Assembly: GCF_964204865.1 (NCBI RefSeq)
Contig: NC_135253.1
Coordinates: 3,658,001-3,722,000 of the forward strand
Source of the DNA: Styela clava
Lineage: Eukaryota
Length of the DNA stretch: 64,000 nucleotides
Direction of reading: 5' to 3'
Shown here piece after piece: positions 39,335 through 51,900 of the stretch (position 1 is its first letter; each line of letters starts with the position of its first letter). The translations under genes and the position numbers were made by a program. A model generated the notes under the pieces. It searched no databases. It was not told the origin of the DNA and saw only the letters and a program-made list of their open reading frames with translations.

Positions 39335-40620
39335 GTTCAATCTGCAATACTTTGTAACATGACCAGTATGTATACCACGATGGTTGAAAATATTGATGGG
39401 ATTCTCAAACTTATTTCATGGCTCAATTCAAAACTTCGGTTATGGTTAAAAGGCGCATTGAAATGCAAACAAACGTCAATATAGATCATGTTTTTGCACT
39501 CAAGGTAGTTTCTCAAGTCAAAATATTTAGAAAATTGAGCGTAATAGTTGATTTGAAGAATATTGTTGACGTTAAGATTTCGTTCGTTGGGAGCAAGGTT
39601 CGAAGCTGTGAAAGCTTTGTCCAACTCTCGGTAGTTCCAATCGATAAAGATTGCCCGAGGAATTGAAATGTAACAAGAGTGTGGTAGCGTTGAATTTCGG
39701 AAAGTTGCGAGCTCTACAAGCTTTCGTATCATCAACGTTCCAGACAAATGTAAACGCACCTTTCCGGCAAAACCCGGAATTGGGTGAGCATTGGCTTAAA
39801 TCAGCTAGGGGAGAGTGAAGTTTTCGTGTTATGTGATTGAAGTAGAGAGGACCCTTCCACGCGGGCCACTAGTATTCATTTTCGACTTGGTTTCTAAAGA
39901 TGCTGCAATAGATGATGATCGACTTGAGAGAAATAAAGTAGATGTTTTGTAAACTTCCGCCAAACAATAGGTCGTATAAATACTGCTGCTTGGAGTAAGA
40001 AATCGGCTTGGGTATATATATCATCATGTTATTTTCTGCGTAACTTACTTTGTCGATAAACACATTTGAAAATCCAGTAATAATATGAAGTTGTCCTGGT
40101 AACTTTAAATTGTAATGAGGCGGATTGATCTGCTGAAGTCCATATCTCCTGATCCGGTTGACACACAAAACATATAGTTATAATATATAGGTTGATAATG
40201 AGACACAAATTTAAAGAATTTGGGAGTTGATGCTTGGAAAATGAAAATACACGAGCGTGAACTCGGGCGTTAAACTTGAAGAGTTGAAGTTGAGTTAGTG
40301 CTGTCTGATCGTAGGAGGTCCTGGTCCAGATTCCTCGTTTTGAGTCAAAAATCTACCTTGTTTTGGCCTTCTTGACTGCTTAATAAATTGACATACCGCC
40401 AAAGACTGCAGTTTGGTTGGTTGCTTGATTCCTGAAATGCTGACGTATTGTCCATTGACTCGGTTAGTGATGAATTTCTTTTCCATTTTGATTGACGAAA
40501 TTCCAGTTGCTGAATTGAAGTTGATTGCTTATTGATCACGTCGGGGTCACCAAAATATAGGGCAACAAAGATTCGACCCTATCTGCGTGTCCACACTCCC
40601 GTGTTATGGAACACACGTTA
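39335..40620 (-). mobile_element. Internally deleted LTR-retroelement remnant with tRNA-Trp PBS and a possible env-like relic
   Basis: Minus strand 40552-40535 reads TGGTGACCCCGACGTGAT, an 18-nt complement of the tRNA-Trp 3' end including CCA. Downstream lie an ATG (40486) and broken ORFs containing HSPLADLSQCSPNSGFCRKGAFTFVWNVDDTKAC. No second LTR found; boundaries approximate. Confidence 0.6.
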
Positions 40621-42499
40621 ACAGAGTGTAACTCCGATCTTGACTCCTTCCGAGGTCAAAAAGCACACAATGTATTGAATGCCAATTGTTATATCGTAAA
40701 GTTGCACAATCGAATTGATCCAAATAACGAATTACACTTGAAACCTTAAAGCAAGTATATATATGTGATGAAACCAAATTTCTAACTAACAAAGAACGGC
40801 AAAGACAAGCTACACTGAGTGAGAGAAATATATCATAAAGGAAATGAATTGGGACAACGACCTTGTTTCAGGCAAATAACATGCACTACTAACAATAAGT
40901 GGTGAAAATATTAAAATACACAGTAACTATCCTTACGTACTTGCTACACTGTTTATTCACAGTTTTACGATTTCGATATTTTTTGGACTGTATGTCTTCT
41001 CTTTTTACCTCAGACTTTCGTTTGAAATTATCGACCGGCCCTGCCCCCACTCTGGAAGACGTTATAAAAACACGGCCAGCGGTAGTTTTCTGCAGCATTT
41101 GTGTTCAAGCCAATTCCATTTTTGTGTATATATATACATTTATTGTTTTGCTCAGCAATTAGTATAGATTTGTTTATGAGTGGATTACAATACCTTCATG
41201 ATGTTGTCCAAAATTCGGAGCACAGAAAAACTGTGCCCCCGAACGTTGAATTAGCTTTCATGTTTATCTGGGTGAACGGCGCCGCACTCGGACTTTCGAA
41301 ACACGATTAGGTTTTAACTCTAGATCAGTTTTTAGTTATTGTCTGTTCATATAAATTCCAACATTCAAAATGCTGAAATAGTCTGATTTTTAGGCTCAAA
41401 ATCTTAGCTACATGAATATCGTTTTGGAAATTACGTGTTTTATCAAGGTAAGCGTCATCATTTTCATAATTGTAAGTCTCAATTGCCTCTTTATCTGAAA
41501 GTGTGGCATTAGAAATACGCGCTAAATCAACGCAATTTCTGCAAAAATTCTACCCTTCGGCATATTTGCAATTATTCTGCTAGATCGCTGAAAATACAAA
41601 TAGAAAATCTGAATCAATTATGAAGCACTTCTCTAGCATTCTAACAGCGTATATATGGCTAATATACTTTTATTTCATTTGGTTATAAACCTGAATCATA
41701 TCACTTGTGCATACTTTATATCACGTCTCCTAATCTTCTGTTTACAGCAAAATTATCGGAAGCCAAATTTTTCCATACTCGGCAAATTCTCATATACTGC
41801 ATCCTAATGAACTTTGTTGTACTTTATATGACATGGGAAACTCATAAACGACGTTATCTGCCCAATAAACCAACATAATTGGCGAAACTAAACAGTTGAA
41901 TCTTAGCTAATTTAACAACCGAAATCCACTTTTGAGGGAAGATGTTGCATCTATATGTAACACTAATTTTAAACCACTTCCTCATAAAACCACATAAATC
42001 GTTCAAGGTTGTAATCAATTTGTACATCTTTTTTACACTATTCCTTTGCCCCGTGCACAGATATGACGAATTCGGTGTATATTAATTGGTATAGTTCCTT
42101 AAAATATGACCCTGGTTAACCAGCCTGACGCGAGCATCGGGGATCGCATCTTTCGAAAGACGCTTGCGTCGTGGTCAGGTGGCGGCAATGCAGAATAGCA
42201 GTTGCATCGAACCAACTAAGTACCGCAGTAGTACGTTGAGTAGAAAAAAGCATTCTGCGGCAGAAAATGTGTGTCATGGCTAGTTTACAATATGTTGTTG
42301 CATACGTGTTACGCATTCCTGGAGTGGGATAGAGAATTACGAGATTTTCGAATATACAAAATATGAAAACCGATATCCAATTACTTATAAATAACACGTT
42401 TTTATTTAAAATACCTGCTGAAACATAGATTATTAATCATTTAAAACATGTAGGAGAGATTTCTTGCTATCGCCTAAATCACAAAAAATTCGCGCTATC

Positions 42500-42600
42500 G
42501 ACTAGGTCTTATTTTGAGGGCATTATATTAAAATCGGTTTTAAAATTCAGGGTAGAGGTCTTATTTTCAGGCTAGGTCTTATTATCGGGAAAACACGGTA
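42500..42600 (-). mobile_element. pogo/Tigger-like terminus
   Basis: Three 'ggtcttatt' repeats ending in GGGAAAACACGG followed by TA. Confidence 0.55.
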
Positions 42601-45600
42601 TTGCAATAATTCAGTTCCAATTTTTTGCAGTGACTTTATTTTACTTGACTTTCCAATGGCTTGAAAAGGAGTGGGCGTGATTATAAAATCCCGAGGTCTA
42701 ATGGTGGCTGACTGTGTGTAGCCTACAGCAAGAGGGCTACGGCGGACCTCGGTCCGAATACGGACCTTCCGAGTAAAAAAATTTGGACCGCAGCTGCTTT
42801 TTGACTTCGAATGCATCGTTTCTTTTAATTTCATAATCGTAATCTATTTTTTGCTTAACCACTGGGTATAAATTGTCATAGCAATTTAAGTTTCTCAGAT
42901 CATCGACTCACTTGTTCATACTCTAAGCATTTACTATCCAGCAAGATCAATGGTGGGGTAAATACTGAAGTTATAGCGCCGTTTGGTTACATTTTTTGCA
43001 TATTTTTAGACACGGTGGTAAACATTAGTCTGTTTTTGTGGCTTTGGATGCTATTTGTCACGTTTTAGTTGTATTTTCGAAATTTAAAAATAGTAATAGA
43101 TCAATGACCCAATTTTGAAGAATAGCATACTCTCACTGGCTAGAAACAAGATAGAAATAGTTGGCACAAACGAAAAAATGTAGTTTCTCAGACTAACGAT
43201 TCACAAATAACTTGCTATTGGACACAGAAGTTTTCAGCATGAAAAATAATTCAAGTCGCTGGAAGACTTCTAAATATATAATATTTCAGATCTTTCGAGC
43301 AAAGTCGGCGCTCAGCTACGCGACTGAACTTCAGTGAAGTCTTGTCATAACGGGACCGAAGCGCGATATTGAACATTGTTCCTGTACTTTGTCAAACGAT
43401 GCATTTGAATAGTTTGCATAGTTAGGACATATTTTTTGGAATGACCTGACCCCGGTAATTTTTTAATTTTGTGTACGGACCTTAGGTGAAAATAGTTGAG
43501 TAGCCTTGGCCTACGGTATTTATTTAGTACGGTAATTATATAAGGTAGGCCTACAGCTACAGGTGAACTCGGAATCGTATTTACTGTGTTGGCAGAGACA
43601 TTGCATGGTCAGGAAGGTATTTTATTTTTCTCGTTACTTTATTTTATTGGACACGATGCGGTGAAGTCATCAAAATTTAAAATTGCGCATCTTGTGGCGG
43701 CCCCGCGTTCGCGATTATTGTGATCTGATAGTCAGACGAGGACCTCGAGACTGTGGTTCTGGTAGTCAACGAGGATATATACTCATCGCGGTAGTCTACT
43801 GTAAAATATTAGATATCCGCACTACTTCGTTTCAGCTTCTTTTTGTTATGGACCTATGGATCGTTTTGTCATTTTGTATTTTTCTTCTTGCTATTGTTTC
43901 TCATTAACTATTAGATCAATTGCTTTAAAATTCAGAGGTTAAAGATTGATGTTGTCGCTTCTTCACTTCGAAGTTTTGTGTGATGATCTCTTCAAAATTA
44001 ATAAAAATTATTTGTAGCGGTTCTATGACCTCTCTCGTGCTGCAAAAGTGTGGGGAGTTTTTTGACCGTACCGCACAGTAGACTAGATAGGGTAAGTTAC
44101 TGCATAAGATAAGGTATACTACTGCTTCGCTATGGCTTTCATGTCCATTTATTCGAGAATCGTTATCATATTTCGCTAGAAGGCTATTACTTTTATTTAT
44201 TCAAAAAAATTCAGTGGGCCCTTTGAGATTCTGTGTGCGATGATGCCATCAAACTTTGAAAATGCGCAGTTTGAGACTGTTCCGGGTTCGCTATATCTGG
44301 TGATCAGGAGAAGTGAAGACTGAGGTAATTATTCCTGGTATTTATTATAACGGCGTGCTAAACAGCACTGGATGAGACCATCGAACGTTAAACGTACGCA
44401 AAGATTACTGATATTGTTACGTTCTGGACTTCGTTTGTGATGTTGGCGGACCGCAAACGATGCCAACGTCGTCGGATTACTTCGGCCCACTAAATTCAAT
44501 CGTTCAAAGCGCTATCTTTCCCAAATACAGGAGACCAATAAATAAAGGTTATATGCTGTAAAGTTCAGTTATATTTTTGTATTATTTGAAATAGAAATAT
44601 AATATATTTGTATGTTATAAAATGGGTAGTGTATTAGTGAATATCATAAAGAAATACTTGCAAGCAGCATAGAAAGTTCAGCATAAATCAAACAGGGTAA
44701 GTTACATTTACAGTATCCGTAAGTATGCGCATCTATTTTATTCCGCATCACCGCAATATACGTGAATTTTAAAAACTAACCAGAGCGTCATCCACATGAA
44801 ATAAAAATGAAAAGGAGTAATGTTGTAACCAGTAATAAAATGAATCTTGTACGGTTACACTGAAAATTCCCACTGCCTTGTCAACGACTTGCCAGTCGCA
44901 ACCGGTTTATAGTAGTGAGTGCAGAGGCGATTCTTTATCGAAATAATATTTATAATATATATATATTTAGTCTTCGGTAACGTAAACACGGTCTGGGTAG
45001 CATATGATAGCAGCTATATATGTTGTTACAGTTGAAACGTGCAGAAATTTTAGATTTCGTTCAAAATTGCAGTAGCTTACTTTACAATCGCGTACAGGAC
45101 GGATGCACAAAAAAAATAAAATGTACAAAATTGTTTCATGTACTACATTACAGAAATTAGTAACCCATTCAAAAAGCGTAGTGTAATGTGAAAATAAAAT
45201 AAGAATACATTTCTCGTATCGCAATTTGTATCTTGAAACATGTGGGTCAAGTCAACACAAATTTTCGAGCACCTTTTGTATAAAAATCGAAAGCGGCACA
45301 ATGAAAGGAAACTAAAACTTTCTTCTGCATAATGCAAATTTAACAATGAATTTGAAGTAATATAAAATATATAGAATGTAACAGCGTTTAGGGTAACTAA
45401 ATAACCATTAGTGGAAGACGTATTTGAGTAAACAATTTTAACGGTATTTTGTATACTTATTTTGGTCCCGTATTTTTGAAACTTTCGACAAATTAATGCT
45501 AGGTTCAAGGGCGTTGGTTTTTAGCATTTATTACTCGAATAACGTTTTTTCTTAAATCTTGTTCAACAAAGCTGATGTGAACGTAAATCATCAGCTTGAA

Positions 45601-45919
45601 TTTTGGAACCATCAAATGCATACAATATGGGAAATTTCAATTAATGTAAATTAGAAAACAGATTTGAGGTAAGATCTGCTATCAAAATTGATTAATCGTA
45701 CTTGAAATATAAAATCGTTAATTAGATAGCACCTTGTCATAAGTATTTCTTAAGAATATAATATCCGTCAGTGTCTTTTCTTGAAAGTATTTTCAATAAT
45801 AAAAACTATAAGAAAATCATATCCTTTCATCACCATTTTTATACATATTCACCATACATATATGGTGTGTTTCTGTGATCGATTGTGGTCACCTGATTAG
45901 TATTTGCTTCCATATCCAA

Positions 45920-48900
45920 TCATCCAAGACTGCTGCGATTGCTCTTTCTGCCTTCGCCGTCCTGTGATTTGTGTTTTTCTGCGTATTCTTTTTGTTTATC
46001 TCCTTCAAACAAAGGTAAGAGTCGTAGGTTTGTATCTTTATCCAAGACGCAACGTTGCATTAGATCAAGATATGTCAGGTTTTCTTTTGTGTTAGGATCG
46101 AAAAAACCTTTCGTGTCATCAGATGGGTCTTCTAGAATTTTCTGCAATCTTTCGTCAAAAAGTCCTCTCTCAAATGCAACTTCAACCGGGAGTCGATGAT
46201 TGGCTAGCGGGTCAATGATTCCTGAAATCATATTGAAATTGAAAAAAAAAGTTTCAGTGATACAAAAGAACGCAATACCAATAATTGTGTATTTTTCAAT
46301 TTTATTGTTTCATTTCATTCACAGTTATTGAAACACTATGCTTTGTTCTGCAATGTGCAGTTAGATAATATGATATATATATATATATGATTAGTTATAT
46401 ATATTGACTTTTTCTTGTCGTTACAAATTTTTGAGTAGTACTAATGTTAAGAGGGCTCGCCAGAAGCTACAAATTACTAAATAATACTTTATTTATTTTT
46501 AAATCAACATATATTACTAAATTTAAAATACCTCCTGTGGCAATTTGTGCTTCCAATAATCTTATTCCGTGATTTTCAACAACAAGCTTCCTTTTCATGG
46601 CTTCAAATAAGGACAATGGTTGAGGGGCAAGTCGTGATACATAACCATGTACTGCGCGCTCAGCTCTTTGTAACACAACTTGAAACTGTCGATCAACAAG
46701 GTCTTCCTCGACAGCGTCTTGAACAGACATTTTTCTTGCCGTTACAGGGTTAATAATACTCCCAGTAGCGGCTTGTGCCTCAAGCAAGCTGAGTGCTGTT
46801 CCTCGTCGGATAATTCCCTTTCTGCAGGCATCCAGTAGGGACATTTTTTCTCCGGTATCGACTTTAATCAAACCAGCGATAGGTTCGTCTCCAACCAGAT
46901 ATTGCTTGAGACCTTCCTGTACTTCTTCTTCGGTGACTTCCCCAAACTCCAACTTTTTGACAGTCGATTCCAATATCAATCTGGCTCGTATTAAATCGAG
47001 TAATTTCACCGCCTTTCTCCAACCCGATGTTAGGACAATGTCGTCTCGCTTTTTACTTGGTGTCATTCTAGGTGTCTCGGGTGCCTCGTCTTCAGACGAT
47101 GACGAACTTGATGACGAAGATGATGTTGAATCGCGGCGTTTTTCTGCTTCTACCGATGGAGCAGCCTCTACTGGTTGCACTGTTTCTTCTACAGGTTCAG
47201 GCGTATTTTCTTCTTCCTCGTGTCCAGATTTAGATGATGCACTGGATGAGGAAGATGACGTTGAATCGCGACGTTCTCGGTCAGCTTCCACTGGTGGAAG
47301 GGCTTCTACCGCTGGCAGCTGTTCCTTCTGGTGTTCATTATGTTTGTCTTCATCTTCTGACTCAGAAGAAGAACTAGAGGAGGTAGAGGACATAGAATCG
47401 CGGGGGCCCTGTTCTGCTTCTGATGTTTGTGAAACTTCCAATTTTTGCGTAGTTTCTTTTTTAGACTCATTAGATTCATCCCCGTTTTCTGAATCAGACG
47501 ACGAAGAAGACGATCCGGAATCCGGAGGTGTTTTGCGTGCTTCCACAGTTGGAAGAACATCCGGCAGCACTGAATCCTCCAGCGATTTGTCTGGTTTCTT
47601 ATATTCATTTTCCGAGTTGCTACTAGAACTGCTGCCTGAACTGGTCTTTCTTTCTTTTGATCTAAAAGTTTGTGTTGGTACAGCGATTGTTACTTCTGTC
47701 TCCGAATCGCTGCTACTTGAAGAAACAAGCGATTCTTTATTTGGCAGATCTTGAGCTGCGTTGCTACTAGATGACGAGACAGTTCTATCTTTATTTTGTG
47801 GACTTTTATTTTCAGCTTGAACAATCTCACTATGTATTTCTTCTTTAACTTCGTCGTCTGATTCACCTGAACTGGAAGAAGATGAAGAATGACCCGATTT
47901 TTCAGAATAGTTAATATCCTCTTTGTCTGCGGCAAAGTTTCCATTATCTTTGGTCTGGTCGATCTCGTCTTCCGATTCGCTGCTACTGCTGCTTGAAGAC
48001 TTTCCCGCGGAAACGAGTTCACCAATTTTTACATCAGTTTCCTGTTTAATTTGTTTATCACCATCGCCTTTGGTGCCATCGTCTTCAGATTCACTACTAC
48101 TGCTCGAAGAAAGTTTATCTTTAGTTTTAACGTCTGGAACAATTTCTACATCAATATTTTTATTTTCACCATCAGATTCGCTGCTATCACTACTACTGGA
48201 CGATTCTTTTTGTTTTGGAAATTCCGATGACTCGCCACCCGTTATTGGTTTCTTCGTAATATCATCGATTTCTTTTTCGCTGTCAGAATCGCTACTACTG
48301 CTAGAAGAGAGTGGTTGATCCTTTTCAGTAGATTTTTGACTCTTGGGCTCAGAATCCAAATTCTTTTCGTTCTCCGATTCACTGCTGCTCGAAGATGATT
48401 CAGTCGCCTTATCTTTCTGCTGGACATCTGAAGAAAGCTCTTGATCAGTTTTAATTTTCTTCTCGTTGTCAGACTCACTGCTGCTGCTGGACGATATTTT
48501 TTGGACAATGTTTTTTGGTGATATGCTTGCAGGCCCATTTCTTTGTCTTCTGGTTTCGTCATCAGATTCGCTACTACTGCTACTCGATGACATGCCCACT
48601 TTTGCTTTAGTCTCTGATTTATCAGATACAATTTCGTCTTCACTGCTACTTGTTGACGACGTTCTTGCTTTCACCAACTCTTTATCGGGTAGCAATATAA
48701 CAGGTTGTTTGCTATCATCATCGGATTCCGAACTTGAAGACGATGAAGAATGTTTTTTCTCCAAAGCCCTCTTATCACCAAAAATCGGCACCGCTGTCTC
48801 TGCGTCGTTATCTTCACTGGATGACGAAGAAGAAGATTTGATAACATGACTCTCTTTTTCCATTGCTTTCTGTTGAATTGGAGGCATTTGTTCATCTTTT

Positions 48901-51900
48901 TTGTTATCATCATTTTCCGACTCTGAAGATGACGAACTTGATTTTCGATTAACAGCTGCTTCGAGTTGACTGTCTTTTTTATTCGAATACCTTTCTTCAT
49001 CATCAGATACTGAAGATTCTGATGACATTGACTCTGCATCAAGGCTAATTTTTTTTGGTGCCACCAATTGTATGTCAGCGTTATCTTTAACTACGGGTTC
49101 ATCTTTTGTATCTTGCTCCTTTTCAGATTCACTGCTTTCGCTGCTACTACTCATTGATTCGTGCACATCGACAGGCTTCATGTGCAAGGTTTCTGTTACT
49201 CCAGGTTTAGATTCATTTTTTTCGTCTTCCGACGAAGATGAGGAAGAACTGCCATCACATTTTGGGGAGGTTAGCACTTGATCTTCTATCTTTTTCGTTT
49301 CACCTTCGCTTTCGGAACTACTGCTCGATGTTGTTTGTTTGTGTGGCGATTGATAAGATGTAATAGTCACAGTCTCTTCAATCGGAATATTCGGGGTTGC
49401 AGTGATTGTTTTGCTTTCATCTTCTGATTCCGACGAAGTACTACTTTCTGAAGACATTGATACATCTTCCTTCTTTTCACTCTTTGTTGGATTATCATCG
49501 TCGACAACCACGTATGAAGAATCACCAGAAACAACAATTTCTTTTTGTTCGCTATCGTCACTAGAGGAACTAGAGGTCTTTCGTTTTGTCGGCATTGACT
49601 CGGGTTCGATTACTACATTGATTTTTTCATCATTATCAGATTCACTGCTTGACGACGACGTCTTGTCATGTGTTTGCGGCGGTTCCTTGACAACCATGAC
49701 AAAATCTGGTGATTTTGTTTCTCTCTCAATTTTTTGAGATTTTTGTGAATCCGAATCAGAGCTGCAAGATGAAGAGGATTTCGTCGACCCACCAAGTAAT
49801 TCCTTGCTTGCGGCGTCACAGTCGTGATTGGAATTTGTTTTCCCTGGTTTCTCATCATCAATAATTACAAACGAATCTAGAGATTTTGGTTGCTCATCAC
49901 CGCTTCCTCTTTTTGGGGACGCTATATAGTTAAAGTCTGAACTTCCAGAACTGCTTGACGAAGTTGACTCCTTTCTTGGAAAAGTTGGTGCTGCGTGTTC
50001 TTTCTCTACATCATCGACAGAAACGGGATAAATATTTTCTTCTTTATCATCGCTGCTGCTGGATGAACTACTACTACTTCTTTTAGCATATGTTTTAGGC
50101 TCTATTTGGGGGTCATCAAGCCTATTTTCTCCCGCGCTAACGTATGAATTCGAACTGTCAGAGCTGGGTTTCTCAGCTTTAATAACTGGTACAGTAGTCG
50201 ACTTCTCTTCATCGCTAGTACTGGATGATGATGACTGTTGAAATAGGAATAATAAGTTAATATATGTCATATTAACAAAATAAAGAACAAATGTTAGGAG
50301 TTTGTGTAAATAAATAAATACCAATAAAATTATTATTTATTGAACATGTAACTAAGGCTAAACATGTGTTCGTATGCGTATTCCAATGTAGCCTAGTAGA
50401 TACCTTTGTTGATGATTTTTTAATAGACCCTGGACTCGTGCTATGTTTTTGTAATAACTTCATATCTTCTGGATCATCAAAATCAACCTCTCGAGTGTGT
50501 CCACCTTGCTTGAAAACTACTCTTCCGTCTCTATCGGTGGTCACGTGGGGTTCATCGACAGGAGATGGTGTTCTGTGCAAAGTCAATTATTGAATATGAT
50601 ATCGTTAAGCAATCAATCGTACTTGACATATGAAAAAATTTGCGAGCTACTGAACATAATTTATGTGGCATAATTTACCTGCTTCGAGATTGTACCGAAT
50701 CCTGCTCATCTTTATTAGCGGCCAGACTTTCAAAATACTTTTTTCTTCTTGAAACTCGACCCTTAGAAGTTTGCTTTGCAGATGATGACGATGATCCACT
50801 TGAAGAAGGTTTTGAATCTGATTCTGAAGAAGACGAACTTCCTTCTTTAGGTAACCTAGTTATATAAATCATTGTGAATATAATTAAATCGGAATAGAAA
50901 GAAAGTTGAACCACGACAGCTTATACATTAGGATCTTGTGAACTTGATTGTATTCCTGTCCCCAGTTCTATTTATCACCACGAATTATATTATTAGCCAA
51001 GCGATGCCAGAAACATGAGTCTCTTATTGGCAAATGTGGTGTAATTTCACGAATAACTGTTTTATATTTTTACTCATGCTTTATGTTGAAATATGAAGTA
51101 TTGTATTTTTCTTTTGTTCTATAAATTATCGTAATATTTTTTGGTAACATATGCCACCAACCTTCCAGTCTTGGGTTTTTTCTTTGTTAACCTCTTTTTT
51201 TTACCAGAGGACCCAGATGACGACGACGATGATGATAATTTCTTTGGCGCAGACTGTTCACTACTTTCTTCGGCCAGTGGTACATTATCAGACCTAGTAT
51301 TTTGAATTTACGACATTATTAGTATAACAAAAGAAAATAAATGAAACCCGTTTTAATGAACGTAAATAGTCAAATGAGCCTGATCCATATCATGAGAAAA
51401 TACATATCATAAGACACAATAAATACATAATTTTCCAATCATTATTAAATGTTAGAATAGTAGAGGACTTGGCTAACCTATAAACCGAGGAGGCTGAGAC
51501 AACTGATTCAATGCAAATACTGCAATTTACTGAAATAAACGAATAATTTTATCATAGAAAAATAATAACCAACTGAGAAATTTTACATCGCTGTGAAAAT
51601 CAGCGATGATTGTGAGCGAAAAAACACAAATAGCTTGCATGGCAATTTTATATCGCTGTGAATCTCAGCGGTATTGATATATTGTGAGTAGAAATAAGAT
51701 ATCAAACAGATGCCTCACATCACAAATGGGCACAAATAACTCACACGAAATAAATGAACAGGTGTATCAGAATTAAAGTAAAAAAACTTTGGATTCGGGA
51801 TCGTGTTCGACTGTACATTGATGAATTGTCCTCACTTGTGCGGCGTTAAAGATAAATAACCAAGCTCAGAAAGCGAAGATAACATCGGCAAGTTTATAAA

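Noticed and set aside
40535-40552. tRNA-Trp gene
   Set aside because: Only the 3' 18 nt are present and include the normally non-templated CCA, which indicates a primer-binding site.
46906-49737. Long plus-strand ORFs (e.g. 46906-47754, 282 aa) and alternative minus-strand frames
   Set aside because: Shadow frames of the Ser/Glu/Asp-biased large exon; no independent domain or splice support.
45920-50324. Calling this gene plectin, desmoplakin, epiplakin or dentin sialophosphoprotein
   Set aside because: Only one PRD and no CH, plakin or rod domain were found; the Ser/Asp similarity to DSPP is compositional only.
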